This document shows positions 10,484-19,216 of a stretch of DNA of 64,000 bases, piece by piece. Under the pieces are notes generated by a model. That model made no database searches and was not told where the DNA came from. It saw only the letters and a list, made by a program, of their open reading frames with translations. How positions within the stretch are numbered: position 1 is the first letter of the stretch; each line of letters begins with the position of its first letter. The position numbers and the translations under genes were made by a program. The DNA comes from an uncultured Chloroflexia bacterium (GTDB lineage Bacteria; Chloroflexota; Limnocylindria; Limnocylindrales; CSP1-4), in contig CAWDXA010000005.1 of assembly GCA_963806175.1 (NCBI GenBank), forward strand, positions 197,080 to 261,079, given 5' to 3'.

Positions 10484-11568
10484 GGCTCGATTGTAGGCGT
10501 GGCGGCTCGATGGAACGGCCCGGTCGGGTGGCCCGCACCGAGGCGCAGGGCGAGGTCGATATCGGACGCCGTGGCAACGCCTTCGCGCAGGGCGGCGTGC
10601 GCCTCTGCGTCGATCGCGGCCAGGATGCGCGATCGGATCTCCGCCGGGACGAGGCTGTCCCCGCCACCCGCGAACTCGGGATCAACGGGACCAGCGCGGC
10701 CGGCGTCGTAGGCGTAGAACCCCCGGCCCGTCTTGCGACCCAGCCGGCCGTCCGCGACCAGCCGCTCGAGGAGCGCCGAGGGCCGGAGCCGGTCGGGCCT
10801 GCCGAGGCCTTCCCACACCGCCCTGGAAACGGCCAGGTTGATGTCGAGGCCCGTGAGGTCGATCAGCTCGAACGGGCCCATCGGGAAGCCGTCCTCCCGC
10901 AGCGCGGCATCGATCGCCACGACCCGCGCGACTCCGCCTTCGAGCATCCGCAGCGCCTCCACGGTGAACGGCCGATTCACGCGGTTGACGATGAACCCCG
11001 GATGGTCCGAACAGCGGACCGGCGTCTTCCCCCACGACGCCATGAGGGCCACGCCACGCTCGACGACCGACGGGTCGGTGCGGTCGGCCGCCACCACCTC
11101 GACCAGCGCCATGACCGGCGCGGGGTTGAAGAAGTGCAGCCCGAGGACCCGCTCCGGCTGCGTCGTCGCGGTCGCGATCGAGCCGACCGGGAGCGCGCTG
11201 GTGTTGGTGGCCAGCATCGCGTCCGGACGGCTGGCCGCGTCGAGCGTCCGGAAGATCGCCCGCTTCAAGTCGAGGTCCTCGAGCGCCGCCTCGATCACGA
11301 CCTCGGCTTCGGCGCCGACGGCGTCGAGGGTCTGAGCGTCACGAAGCCCGGACAGCCGCCCGGTGACCCAGTCATCGATGCTGTCGGCGTCGAGCTCCAT
11401 CCGCGCGGCGCGTCGCGCGAGCCCCTCTCGGATCCGGGCCCGTCCCCGGGCGATCGCCGGCTCGTCGACGTCGTGCAGGACGACCTCGTGCCCATGCTCG
11501 AGCGCGAGCTGCGCGATCCCCGCGCCCATCGTGCCCGCCCCGACCACCCCGACGACCGCTCGCTCCAA
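10480..11568 (-). CDS. paaH: 3-hydroxyacyl-CoA dehydrogenase
   Basis: The real part of ORF 10480..12087. N-terminal Rossmann motif [12 protein letters not shown]. The TTG at 11568 lies just after the paaD stop. The start is uncertain (alternative internal ATG upstream). Confidence 0.75.
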
Positions 11569-11582
11569 ACGGGACCCCCGAA

Positions 11583-12077
11583 TCAGACCGGCTTGAAGGC
11601 TTCGAACGGCTGGCGGCAGGCCGTGCAGTGGTAGACCGCGCGGCATCGCGTCGGCCCGAAGGCGCTCTCGAGCACGGTCCGGCGCGAGCCGCACAGGGGA
11701 CATGGCACCGGGGTCGCCAGCTGCACGAGAACCGGCGCGTCCGGCGCGGCGGCGACGGGCGGCGCGAACCCCGCCGCCCGGAGCTTCCGGCGACCTTCCG
11801 GCGTGATCCGGTCCGACGTCCATGGGGTGCGATATTCGAACCGGACGTCGAGCGGCCGGCCGAATCCGCGCAGCCGGGTCTCGACCTCGGCGCGGATCAG
11901 CTCGAGCGCGGGACACCCGATGAAGGTCGGCAGCAGGACGACCTCGATCGCGTCCGTCCCGACGGCGATCTCCTCGACCATCCCGAGATCGACGATCGAC
12001 ACGACCGGGATCTCCGGGTCGACGACCTCGGCCAGGGCGGCGCGGACCGAGCGAACGCGCGCGAGTGGGGCGGCCAT
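11583..12077 (-). CDS. paaD: phenylacetyl-CoA epoxidase subunit PaaD
   Basis: DUF59-like N-domain (VVDPEIPVVSIVDLGMV) plus a C-terminal 4-Cys ribbon (CPLCGS...CTAC). Confidence 0.85.
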   Translation of the reverse strand: MAAPLARVRSVRAALAEVVDPEIPVVSIVDLGMVEEIAVGTDAIEVVLLPTFIGCPALELIRAEVETRLRGFGRPLDVRFEYRTPWTSDRITPEGRRKLRAAGFAPPVAAAPDAPVLVQLATPVPCPLCGSRRTVLESAFGPTRCRAVYHCTACRQPFEAFKPV

Positions 12078-12083
12078 CGCGCG

Positions 12084-12848
12084 TCACCAGGCCGCCCCCG
12101 GCTCACTTCGCCGCACGAAATTGAACTCGCCCCACAGCCAGCGGAAGGCGCGGCCGTGATCGAGCCGACCGCGCTCCGGCTGGGTCGCGGCAGGCGGCAG
12201 CGGCAGGTCCAGGTCGGCGAGGGCCGGACCGATCGCGATCCGCCAGCGGCGTTCGAGCTCGGGCATCGTGGCGGCCAGGATCCCGGCATCGACCAGTGCC
12301 GTCTCGTCGGGGAGCGGCGTGAACACGGTCGCGGCGTCGTGCTGGAGGGTCCGCAGCGCGCGGAGCAGGCGGGTCCGCGCCTCCCCATCATCGCGGGCCA
12401 GGCGCGTCAGCCAGGCCTCGGCGTGCATCCGGTGATAGCGCTCCTCGCGGACCAGCTTGCCGACGAGGTCGGCCAGCGGCGCCCAGGTGCCGCCGGCCAG
12501 CGCCTCGAGCCGGACGGCATCGGCACTGTCGTAGAGGTACCGCCGGGCGATGGCCATCGCCCAGTCGCCACGCCCGTGGTCGAGCAGGCGGCAATGGCGA
12601 TAGGCCTCGGGTGGGCGGTCGTAGGCGAGGGCGTCGGGATCCTCGCCGAGCAGCTCGCCGAGCAGGCCGTACAGCGCGGCCGCGTGGCCCAACTCGTCCT
12701 GGGCAAGCGAGCTCATCGCCACGTCCTCCTCGAGGATCGGGGCGATGCCGGTCCACTCTGAGTCGCTGAAGCCGATGACGAACTCGTCGTCGGCCATCGA
12801 TCGGAGCAGGTCACCCAGCGCCAGCCCGGGCAGCGCCGCGGGAATCAT
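12084..12848 (-). CDS. paaC: phenylacetyl-CoA epoxidase subunit PaaC
   Basis: Ferritin-like PaaC pattern (...MADDEFVIGFSDSEWTG...QDELGHAAALY...). Position between paaB and paaD. Confidence 0.85.
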   Translation of the reverse strand: MIPAALPGLALGDLLRSMADDEFVIGFSDSEWTGIAPILEEDVAMSSLAQDELGHAAALYGLLGELLGEDPDALAYDRPPEAYRHCRLLDHGRGDWAMAIARRYLYDSADAVRLEALAGGTWAPLADLVGKLVREERYHRMHAEAWLTRLARDDGEARTRLLRALRTLQHDAATVFTPLPDETALVDAGILAATMPELERRWRIAIGPALADLDLPLPPAATQPERGRLDHGRAFRWLWGEFNFVRRSEPGAAW

Positions 12849-13186
12849 CCGGATCGCCCCGGATTCGCGGCCCTGGCCTTCGGCCTGGGCGCGCCGGAGA
12901 CCTCGCGGGCGCCCGCGAGCTTGTCGCGCATCACGTAGCCGCCCGGCTTCTTCCAGGAACGGTCGAGCGGTGGCTGGAGCAGATCCGGGTCAGCCAGGTC
13001 GACGATGTCCCCGCGCCGGACGATCCACAGGCGCACGCTCTCCTGGCGCCGGCCGAACAGCTCCCGGGCGTAGTGCGACGCCAGCTCGGCGTCCGGGGCC
13101 ATGACGCTGCCGCCGTGGCGCATCGGATCGCCGTCCTTGTCCTGGCGGAAGACTTCCCAGGCCTCGAGCTCGCGGGACGGCGGCAC
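12845..13186 (-). CDS. paaB: phenylacetyl-CoA epoxidase subunit PaaB
   Basis: WEVF....G.....H.GSV...........A.....R.E...LW.V pattern typical of PaaB. ATGA overlap with paaC. Confidence 0.85.
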   Translation of the reverse strand: MPPSRELEAWEVFRQDKDGDPMRHGGSVMAPDAELASHYARELFGRRQESVRLWIVRRGDIVDLADPDLLQPPLDRSWKKPGGYVMRDKLAGAREVSGAPRPKARAANPGRSG

Positions 13187-13198
13187 GACCGGGATGCC

Positions 13199-14185
13199 TC
13201 AGGCCGCCCGCGGCCCGGCGAGGATGGTCTCGCGGACCCAGCGGGTCTCCTCGCGCGCCAGCCGTCGGAAGCCGAGGCGGGCCTGCGACATCGGCCCGTG
13301 ATTGGTCACGACCGTTCGCAGCTCGGCCCAGTCGGGCTCGCTGTAGGTCCATGTGCCGGCCGCCTCGTCATAGGACAGGGCGGGGTCCGGGATCACGAGC
13401 CCCAGTTCGCGGATGCGCGGCACGTAGATGGTCAGGAACTCCTGGCGCAACTCCTCCGACGTCTTCGCCTTGATCCGCCAGTGGAGGTCGCGATCGGCCT
13501 CGCGCGCCGAGCGAGGCCCATGCATCTGCATGAGCGGCCCCCACCAGCGTTCGAGCGCGTCCTGGATCGCGGCGCGCTGACGCGGCGACCCCGTCGCCAT
13601 GGTCACGACCACGTCGCGCCCATGCATGATGTGAACCGATTCCTCCCAGCAGATCTTGCGCATGGTCCGCGCGTACGGCGCGTAGCTGCTGTCCCGCAGC
13701 GCCTGCTGGGCGACGATCGCGGCCGCGTCCACCAGCCACGCGATCATCCCTACGTCGGCCCAGCCGACCGTCGGATAGTGGAAGACGTTGTGGAACTTGG
13801 TCTTGCCGGCGAGCAGGTCGTCGAACATCGCCTCGCGCGGCTTGCCAAGATCCTCGGCGACCCGGTACAGCAACTGGGCGTGGCCCACCTCGTCCTGGAC
13901 CTTGGCCGTCAGGGCCAGCTTGCGGCGCAGGGTCGGCGCCCGCATCAGCCACTCGCGTTCGGGGAGGACGCCCATCAGTTCGCTGTTGGCGTGCATCTCG
14001 ACGAAGCGCAGCACGGCCGTCCGGTACTCCTCGGACATCCAGTCCGTGGCCTCGACCTTGCCGCCATCCGTGACGTGCGCTTCGAACAGCGCGTCCCGCT
14101 CGCGGTGGGGCAGATCGCCGTTGAACGCGGGTCTCCGCCGAGCGCGTGGACCCAGGATCGGTTCGAGGGCAAGTGGATCGGTCAC
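13199..14185 (-). CDS. paaA: phenylacetyl-CoA epoxidase catalytic subunit PaaA
   Basis: The real part of ORF 13199..14449. Di-iron motifs (...HANSELMGVLPEREW...KVQDEVGHAQLLY...). GTG 14185 overlaps the TetR stop (GTGA). Confidence 0.85.
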   Translation of the reverse strand: MTDPLALEPILGPRARRRPAFNGDLPHRERDALFEAHVTDGGKVEATDWMSEEYRTAVLRFVEMHANSELMGVLPEREWLMRAPTLRRKLALTAKVQDEVGHAQLLYRVAEDLGKPREAMFDDLLAGKTKFHNVFHYPTVGWADVGMIAWLVDAAAIVAQQALRDSSYAPYARTMRKICWEESVHIMHGRDVVVTMATGSPRQRAAIQDALERWWGPLMQMHGPRSAREADRDLHWRIKAKTSEELRQEFLTIYVPRIRELGLVIPDPALSYDEAAGTWTYSEPDWAELRTVVTNHGPMSQARLGFRRLAREETRWVRETILAGPRAA

Positions 14186-14781
14186 GGCATGGTCCTGGCG
14201 GCCACGGTACGCAGCGAGAGGTCCGCGTACAGGTCGGCGATCGCGCGGGCCGGCAGCCGGCCGCCCGGGCGATACCACGTGACCAGTCCGTTGAGCGCAG
14301 TGAGGATGTACGTGGCGGCCAGACCCGGATCCTGGACCTCGAAGGCGCCGCTGCGCGTCCCGTCGGCGATCGTCGACGCGAAGCGCCGCTCGTAGTCGTC
14401 GCGGCGCCGCACGATCTCCTCGCGCCGGTCGCCCTGCAGCGCACGCCACTCGTGGACGAAGACGCTGGCGCGTTCGATGTCGTCCGTGAGCACGCCGACA
14501 TGCGCCCGGACGAGCGCGATCAGGAAGACCTCACGCCCGAACGCAACGGCCCCCGGATCGGCCTGCTCGACGGCGTCCGCCGCGACTTCGAACCTCGAGG
14601 CCATGTGCTCGACGATGGACCACAGGACGTCCTGCTTGGAGGTCACATGGGCGTACAGGCTGGCGCCCTGGATGTCGACCGCGCGCGCGATGTCACGCAC
14701 GCTCGTGCCTGAGTAGCCCCGCTCGCGAAACAGCGAGCTGGCCGCGTCCTCGATCGCCTGGCGTCGGGTGATCTCGACCAT
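14182..14781 (-). CDS. paaR: TetR-family transcriptional repressor (PaaR-like)
   Basis: N-terminal TetR HTH (...RERGYSGTSVRDIARAVDIQGASLYAHV...). Sits directly upstream of, and is translationally coupled to, paaA. A PaaR-type operator lies in its promoter. Confidence 0.8.
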   Translation of the reverse strand: MVEITRRQAIEDAASSLFRERGYSGTSVRDIARAVDIQGASLYAHVTSKQDVLWSIVEHMASRFEVAADAVEQADPGAVAFGREVFLIALVRAHVGVLTDDIERASVFVHEWRALQGDRREEIVRRRDDYERRFASTIADGTRSGAFEVQDPGLAATYILTALNGLVTWYRPGGRLPARAIADLYADLSLRTVAARTMP

Positions 14782-14796
14782 GCCTCGATCCCCTAA

Positions 14797-14810
14797 CTAA
14801 CGCTCGTTAG
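14797..14810. promoter_or_regulatory. PaaR-type operator CTAACGCTCGTTAG
   Basis: Palindrome read directly at 14797-14810, 16 nt upstream of the TetR start. It matches the CNAACGNNCGTTNG consensus that I recall for Thermus PaaR. Confidence 0.6.
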
Positions 14811-14817
14811 GAGAGGG

Positions 14818-14847
14818 AGGGTACGGCGACCCGCGTGCGCGAGTCAA
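14818..14847 (-). promoter_or_regulatory. candidate paaR-paaABCD promoter
   Basis: On the minus strand, TTGACT (14847-14842), 18 nt, TACCCT (14823-14818). The operator starts 7 nt downstream of the -10. Confidence 0.4.
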
Positions 14848-14909
14848 GCCCGGTGCCCCCGGCGGGCGGGCGCCGGCCGAGCGGGTCGTCGCGGCAGGCC
14901 CGCCTCTGC

Positions 14910-15713
14910 CTACTCGCCGCTGAACCGCGGCTGGCGCTTCTCCAGGAACGCGGCGATCCCCTCGGCGTGGTCGGCCGTGGCCCCGGCGATCCCCTGTCGC
15001 CAGGCTTCATCCTCGAGGGCGGCGTCGAGGCTCACCGACCAGCTCCGCTCGAGCGCGTGCTTGGTCAGGGCCAGGGCCCTCGGCGCGAGTGCGGCGAGCC
15101 GCAGGGCGACCGCGCGTGCCTCCGTGATGAGCGATTCGGCGGGCACGACCCGGGCGACCAGCCCGATCCGCACGGCGTCGGCGGCCGAGAGCGGCTCGTC
15201 CAGGAGGGCCAGCTCGGCGGCGCGCGCCGGTCCGACGAGTCGCGGCAGGAACCAGGTGGCGCCGCTGTCAGGCACGAGGCCGATCCGACCGAACGCGAGC
15301 CGGAACGCCGCGAGATCCGAAGCGAGCCGGACGTCGCACGCGAAGGCGAGCGAGGCGCCGGCCCCGGCCGCCACGCCGTTGATCGCTCCGACGATCGGCT
15401 GGTCGAGGGCACGCATCGCCCGGATGATCGGGTTGTACCGCTCGCGCAGCTCAACGGCAAGCGGCGCGGCGCCCGGCTCCAGCCGTTCCCTGAGATCCTG
15501 GCCGGCGCAGAACGCGCGGCCGGCACCAGTCAACACGACGGCGCGAACGGCAGGGTCGCGCGCCACCTCCCGGAACGCCGCCAGCAGGTCGGACCTGACC
15601 GCGACGGTCAGGGCGTTGAGCGCTTCGGGGCGGTCGAGCGTGATCGTCGCCACGGCGCCGGCGACCTCGTAGCGAACCGCCTCGAACGAGGCCCGCGGTC
15701 GATCGCCCGCCAT
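14910..15713 (-). CDS. enoyl-CoA hydratase/isomerase family protein (PaaG-like by context)
   Basis: Crotonase fold motifs (...ITLDRPEALNAL...VVLTGAGRAFCAGQDL...GAINGVAAGAGASLA...). Confidence 0.85.
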   Translation of the reverse strand: MAGDRPRASFEAVRYEVAGAVATITLDRPEALNALTVAVRSDLLAAFREVARDPAVRAVVLTGAGRAFCAGQDLRERLEPGAAPLAVELRERYNPIIRAMRALDQPIVGAINGVAAGAGASLAFACDVRLASDLAAFRLAFGRIGLVPDSGATWFLPRLVGPARAAELALLDEPLSAADAVRIGLVARVVPAESLITEARAVALRLAALAPRALALTKHALERSWSVSLDAALEDEAWRQGIAGATADHAEGIAAFLEKRQPRFSGE

Positions 15714-16516
15714 CAGTCGGCGGCGACGGGACCGTCGAAGTCGATCAGCTTGCCGTCCGCGAGCTCGAACACGCGCCGGTCGATCGGCTCGTCCGCACCA
15801 CCGGACTGCTCCACCACGAAGCTCGTGAACAGGCTGGCGAAGTCGTCGTCGCCCGGCTGCATCGAGCCGGCGATCAGCAGGTGTCGCTCGGGGATCCCGA
15901 CCAGGATCCGCCCGAACGATCCGAGGACGGCGGCGAGGTGCGCGATCACCTCCGGCAACAGGATCCGCACGGCGTCCGACCCGTCACCGGTCTGCGAACT
16001 GACCAGGTGGCGAGTACCCGATTCCTCGCTCGACCAGGGCGCGGTCGCCGACCAGCTGGCGAGATTGCGCATCGCGACATCCTGGATCTCGTGCGGCTCG
16101 ACGCCCCACGACAGGAGGTGATCGCCGTTGACCACGATGTCGAATCCGCCGGCGGCAATCGTGTAGACGAGCGGCAGCCCGGCCGGCCCCTGGCCGAGCA
16201 GCGGCTGTGCGTGGCTCTGCGTCACGTGCGCAACCAGGGATGCCCGGTCGACGGCCTCGATCGGCAACCCGAGCGTTCCGACCGGCCGGAAGGCCGGGTA
16301 GATGAGCGTGCTGGCGAGCTGCCAGTCGTGCTCGGGCGAATCGGCGATGGCCGTCGTCGATTCGGCGGGGGCGACGTGGCCGCTCACCGGGGCGGAGGCG
16401 TCGATCGGACTGAGGTAGTCAGGCGCCGTGTCACGGATCGTGGCGGGCGGGGCGTCGCCCATGTCACGCTCGAGATCGCGCCCGACATCGCTGCCACCGG
16501 GCAGGTCCAGCTCCAT
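15713..16516 (-). CDS. hypothetical acidic protein (possibly DUF1444/YtpQ-like)
   Basis: The real part of ORF 15713..17059. ATG 16516 follows GGAGGAGAGG. 1-nt start/stop overlap with the downstream hydratase gene. The family assignment is by weak recollection only. Confidence 0.6.
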   Translation of the reverse strand: MELDLPGGSDVGRDLERDMGDAPPATIRDTAPDYLSPIDASAPVSGHVAPAESTTAIADSPEHDWQLASTLIYPAFRPVGTLGLPIEAVDRASLVAHVTQSHAQPLLGQGPAGLPLVYTIAAGGFDIVVNGDHLLSWGVEPHEIQDVAMRNLASWSATAPWSSEESGTRHLVSSQTGDGSDAVRILLPEVIAHLAAVLGSFGRILVGIPERHLLIAGSMQPGDDDFASLFTSFVVEQSGGADEPIDRRVFELADGKLIDFDGPVAAD

Positions 16517-16542
16517 CGTCCTCTCCTCCGTGGTTGATGCCG

Positions 16543-17409
16543 TCAGCGACCTGTCCAGGCCGGCGAGCGCTTCTCGACGAAGGCGGCCATCCCTTCGGCT
16601 TGATCGTGGGTGTCGAACAACCGGAAGAACGCGTCGCGCTCCCGAGCAAGGCCATCGGCGAGCCCTCGTTCGTCGGCGTCGCGGATCGCGGCCACCGCGG
16701 CCCGGACGGCGAGTGGCGGCATGGCGGCGATCCTCGCGGCGAGGTCGAGGGCGGCATCGACGGTCGCCTCGGGAGGCACGACGGTCGTGACCAACCCGAG
16801 CGTCTCGGCCTCGACCGCGCCGATCGACCGGCCAGTCAGGATCAGCTCCATCGCCCTGGCCTTGCCGATGGCCCGGGTCAGCCGCTGTGTGCCGCCGGCA
16901 CCGGGCATGACCCCGAGCCGGATCTCGGGCTGTCCGAAGGTCGCATCCTCGGCCGCAACGATGAGGTCGCAGCTCATCGCGAGCTCGCAGCCTCCGCCGA
17001 GCGCGAACCCGCGGACCGCGGCGATCAACGGGAGGCCGACCGCCCACAGGCGATCCCATGGGCCGAATTTGCGTCCATCGCGGAGCGACGCGAACGACTC
17101 GGTCGACAGCTCACGAATGTCGGCGCCGGCAGCAAAGGCCCGGCTCCCGGCACCCGTGATCACGATGGCGCGCGCGGCGGGATCGGCGTCGAGGGCCTCC
17201 AACGCCGAGGCGAGCGCTTCGACCAGCTCGAAGCTGAGGGCGTTGAGCGCCTCCGGACGATCGAGTGTCACGAGCGCCACGCCGCTCGGCGGCGCCGATG
17301 TCGGGGACGACGCCGGCGCTGGAGCCGGGAACGCCACCCGCACGAGATCGCGGGGGCGCGGCTGCGCTGCCTCGACCGACGAATCGCGCTGTGCTGGGGC
17401 GTTGGTCAC
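16543..17409 (-). CDS. enoyl-CoA hydratase (PaaF-like by context)
   Basis: The real part of ORF 16543..17790. GTG 17409 overlaps the EthD stop (GTGA). Crotonase motifs (...VTLDRPEALNAL...ITGAGSRAFAAGADI...GFALGGGCELAM...). Confidence 0.85.
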   Translation of the reverse strand: MTNAPAQRDSSVEAAQPRPRDLVRVAFPAPAPASSPTSAPPSGVALVTLDRPEALNALSFELVEALASALEALDADPAARAIVITGAGSRAFAAGADIRELSTESFASLRDGRKFGPWDRLWAVGLPLIAAVRGFALGGGCELAMSCDLIVAAEDATFGQPEIRLGVMPGAGGTQRLTRAIGKARAMELILTGRSIGAVEAETLGLVTTVVPPEATVDAALDLAARIAAMPPLAVRAAVAAIRDADERGLADGLARERDAFFRLFDTHDQAEGMAAFVEKRSPAWTGR

Positions 17410-17783
17410 GGACGATCCTCGACTGTGCTCTCGACAGTATCCACGCGTTGGGAAGCCGCGGCGATGAGTTCCGGCACGTCCTCGAGCACCAGGAACGTCG
17501 CCAGGCCCGGCGCGATCTCCCGCAGGACCCGTCCCGCCTGGCGCATGGGATCCGAGGCCAGCCCGGCATCCAGGGTGGCACGGTCGTCGAACCGCATGGC
17601 GGCGACCAGGATGAGGTCGGTCGCCCCTCCGAGCGCCTGGGTCACCCGGGAAATCCGGGTCTCTCGGAGGCCCGGCGTCCGGGCGACGAGCGGCAGGTGC
17701 TCGGCCGCATAGCGACGCTCGAACGTGGCCTGGGCATCCGAGCCGCCGTTGGGTCCTCGGTACAGGGCGAGGAGCGTGGTCAC
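17406..17783 (-). CDS. EthD-domain protein
   Basis: The real part of ORF 17406..18101. GTG 17783 follows GGAGG and overlaps the hydrolase stop (GTGA). EthD-like pattern (...LLALYRGP......F.RRY...HLPLV...PGL...). Confidence 0.7.
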   Translation of the reverse strand: MTTLLALYRGPNGGSDAQATFERRYAAEHLPLVARTPGLRETRISRVTQALGGATDLILVAAMRFDDRATLDAGLASDPMRQAGRVLREIAPGLATFLVLEDVPELIAAASQRVDTVESTVEDRP

Positions 17784-18589
17784 GGGGCACCTCCGTCGGG
17801 TTGCGGGACGCGCGTCGATGGCGCGCCGTCGAGTGATGGCATCGAGCGATAGAAGCCGAGCAACGCCTCGTTGACGAGCCGCGGTCGCCGGACCATCAGG
17901 TCGTGGCCACACTCCGGGACCACCAGCAGATGTCCGTTGCGCAGCTGACGCGCCAGGCCCCAGGCCTGGTCGACAGGCACGAACGGATCGCCGTCGCCAC
18001 ACGCGACCAGGGCCGGCACGGCGATCGAGTGGAGCTCGGCGGGCGACAGGAGCGGATCGATCGCGACATCCGCGGCGATGGCGGGCAACAGCCGCCGCCA
18101 TGAATCGGTCCCCTGCACCGGGTCGTGGCGGCGCGCAAGGGCGGCCGCCCAGGCGGGGTCCGTCCGTTCGATCCGGTCAGGGTCCAGCAGCCGGCGGGCG
18201 ACACTCGCTCGCGGCTCGCGGAGCGGCGAGATGCCGGCCACGACCAGGGTCCGGATTCGTTCCGGGTGGTGGACGGCGAACCTGAGCGCCGTCATTGCCC
18301 CCATCGAGAACCCGACGACATGGACGCTGTCGAGCTCCAGCACGTCGAGGAACGCCGCGAGGTCCTCGACCAGCCACTCGGCGCGGAACCCGGCCGTGGC
18401 GTCCCATCGCGTGGACGCGTGCCCGCGGGCATCGGGCGCATGGACCGTGAACAGCGTCGCGAGCGGAGGGATCTGGGCGGCGAAGTTGTCCCGGCCCGAG
18501 CTCGTCGCACCGTGGAGCAGGACCAGCGGCGGCCCCGAGCCGGCCAGCTCGTAGCCGACCTCGAGGGCGTTGGCTCGGATGGTCGGCAT
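17780..18589 (-). CDS. alpha/beta hydrolase
   Basis: HG oxyanion motif (LVLLHGATSS) and nucleophile elbow GFSMGA. Confidence 0.85.
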   Translation of the reverse strand: MPTIRANALEVGYELAGSGPPLVLLHGATSSGRDNFAAQIPPLATLFTVHAPDARGHASTRWDATAGFRAEWLVEDLAAFLDVLELDSVHVVGFSMGAMTALRFAVHHPERIRTLVVAGISPLREPRASVARRLLDPDRIERTDPAWAAALARRHDPVQGTDSWRRLLPAIAADVAIDPLLSPAELHSIAVPALVACGDGDPFVPVDQAWGLARQLRNGHLLVVPECGHDLMVRRPRLVNEALLGFYRSMPSLDGAPSTRVPQPDGGAP

Positions 18590-18604
18590 GCTTCGGGGCC
18601 GGGC

Positions 18605-19144
18605 CTAGCGCTCCGGCTTCCCCTCGACCTCGGCGGTCGCCGCGTGCTCGATCCGCAGGTAGCGTCGCCGGTAGTAGAGGAGCGGCATCGGGTGAGCGAG
18701 CTCGTTGGCGACCGTGTCCACGCGCCCGATGAACAGGTCGTGATCGCCGGCCGAGAAGGTCTCCACGACGGTGCACTCGAGCGTCGCGATCGCGCCGTCG
18801 ATCAACGGCAGGCCCGTCTCGCCCGGATGCCATTGAGCGCCGCAGAACGCGTCCCGACCCGGCTCGACCGGGGCGCCGGCGAAGCAGTCGGACAGCGCCT
18901 GCTGGTCTTCGGACAGGATGCTGACGGCGTATCGGCCGGAGGCACGGACGACGGGAGTCAGGAACCGACGCCGGTCGAGTGCGACCATCACGAGCGGCGG
19001 AGCGAGCGACACCGAGCTGAGCGCGTTGACCGTGATCCCGAACGGTTGCGTGCCGTCGAACGCGGACACGACGGTGACTCCGGTGACGAAATGGCCCATG
19101 ACGCGCCGGAAGACATCCGAATCGATGGCCGGGTTGGCAGTCAT
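18605..19144 (-). CDS. flavin reductase family protein (HpaC/NtaB-like FMN-binding split barrel)
   Basis: The last 179 aa of ORF 18605..20797 (MTANPAIDSDVFRRVMGHFVTGVTVVS...). The rest of that ORF is antisense to fumC. Confidence 0.8.
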   Translation of the reverse strand: MTANPAIDSDVFRRVMGHFVTGVTVVSAFDGTQPFGITVNALSSVSLAPPLVMVALDRRRFLTPVVRASGRYAVSILSEDQQALSDCFAGAPVEPGRDAFCGAQWHPGETGLPLIDGAIATLECTVVETFSAGDHDLFIGRVDTVANELAHPMPLLYYRRRYLRIEHAATAEVEGKPER

Positions 19145-19152
19145 TGGCGGCG

Positions 19153-19158
19153 AGTGTA
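19153..19158 (-). promoter_or_regulatory. candidate -10 (TACACT) for a leaderless flavin-reductase/paa-upstream transcript
   Basis: TACACT on the minus strand, 8 nt upstream of ATG 19144. The same hexamer sits at a similar distance before sufU and on the Rrf2 operator. Confidence 0.3.
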
Positions 19159-19203
19159 GGCGCGATCTCCGACGGACGGCCCGGCCGCCGCTCACCGCGG
19201 GCC

Positions 19204-19209
19204 TACAAT
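19204..19209 (+). promoter_or_regulatory. candidate -10 (TACAAT) for leaderless fumC
   Basis: TACAAT ends 7 nt before ATG 19217. There is no SD in between. Confidence 0.3.
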
Positions 19210-19216
19210 CTGCCCC

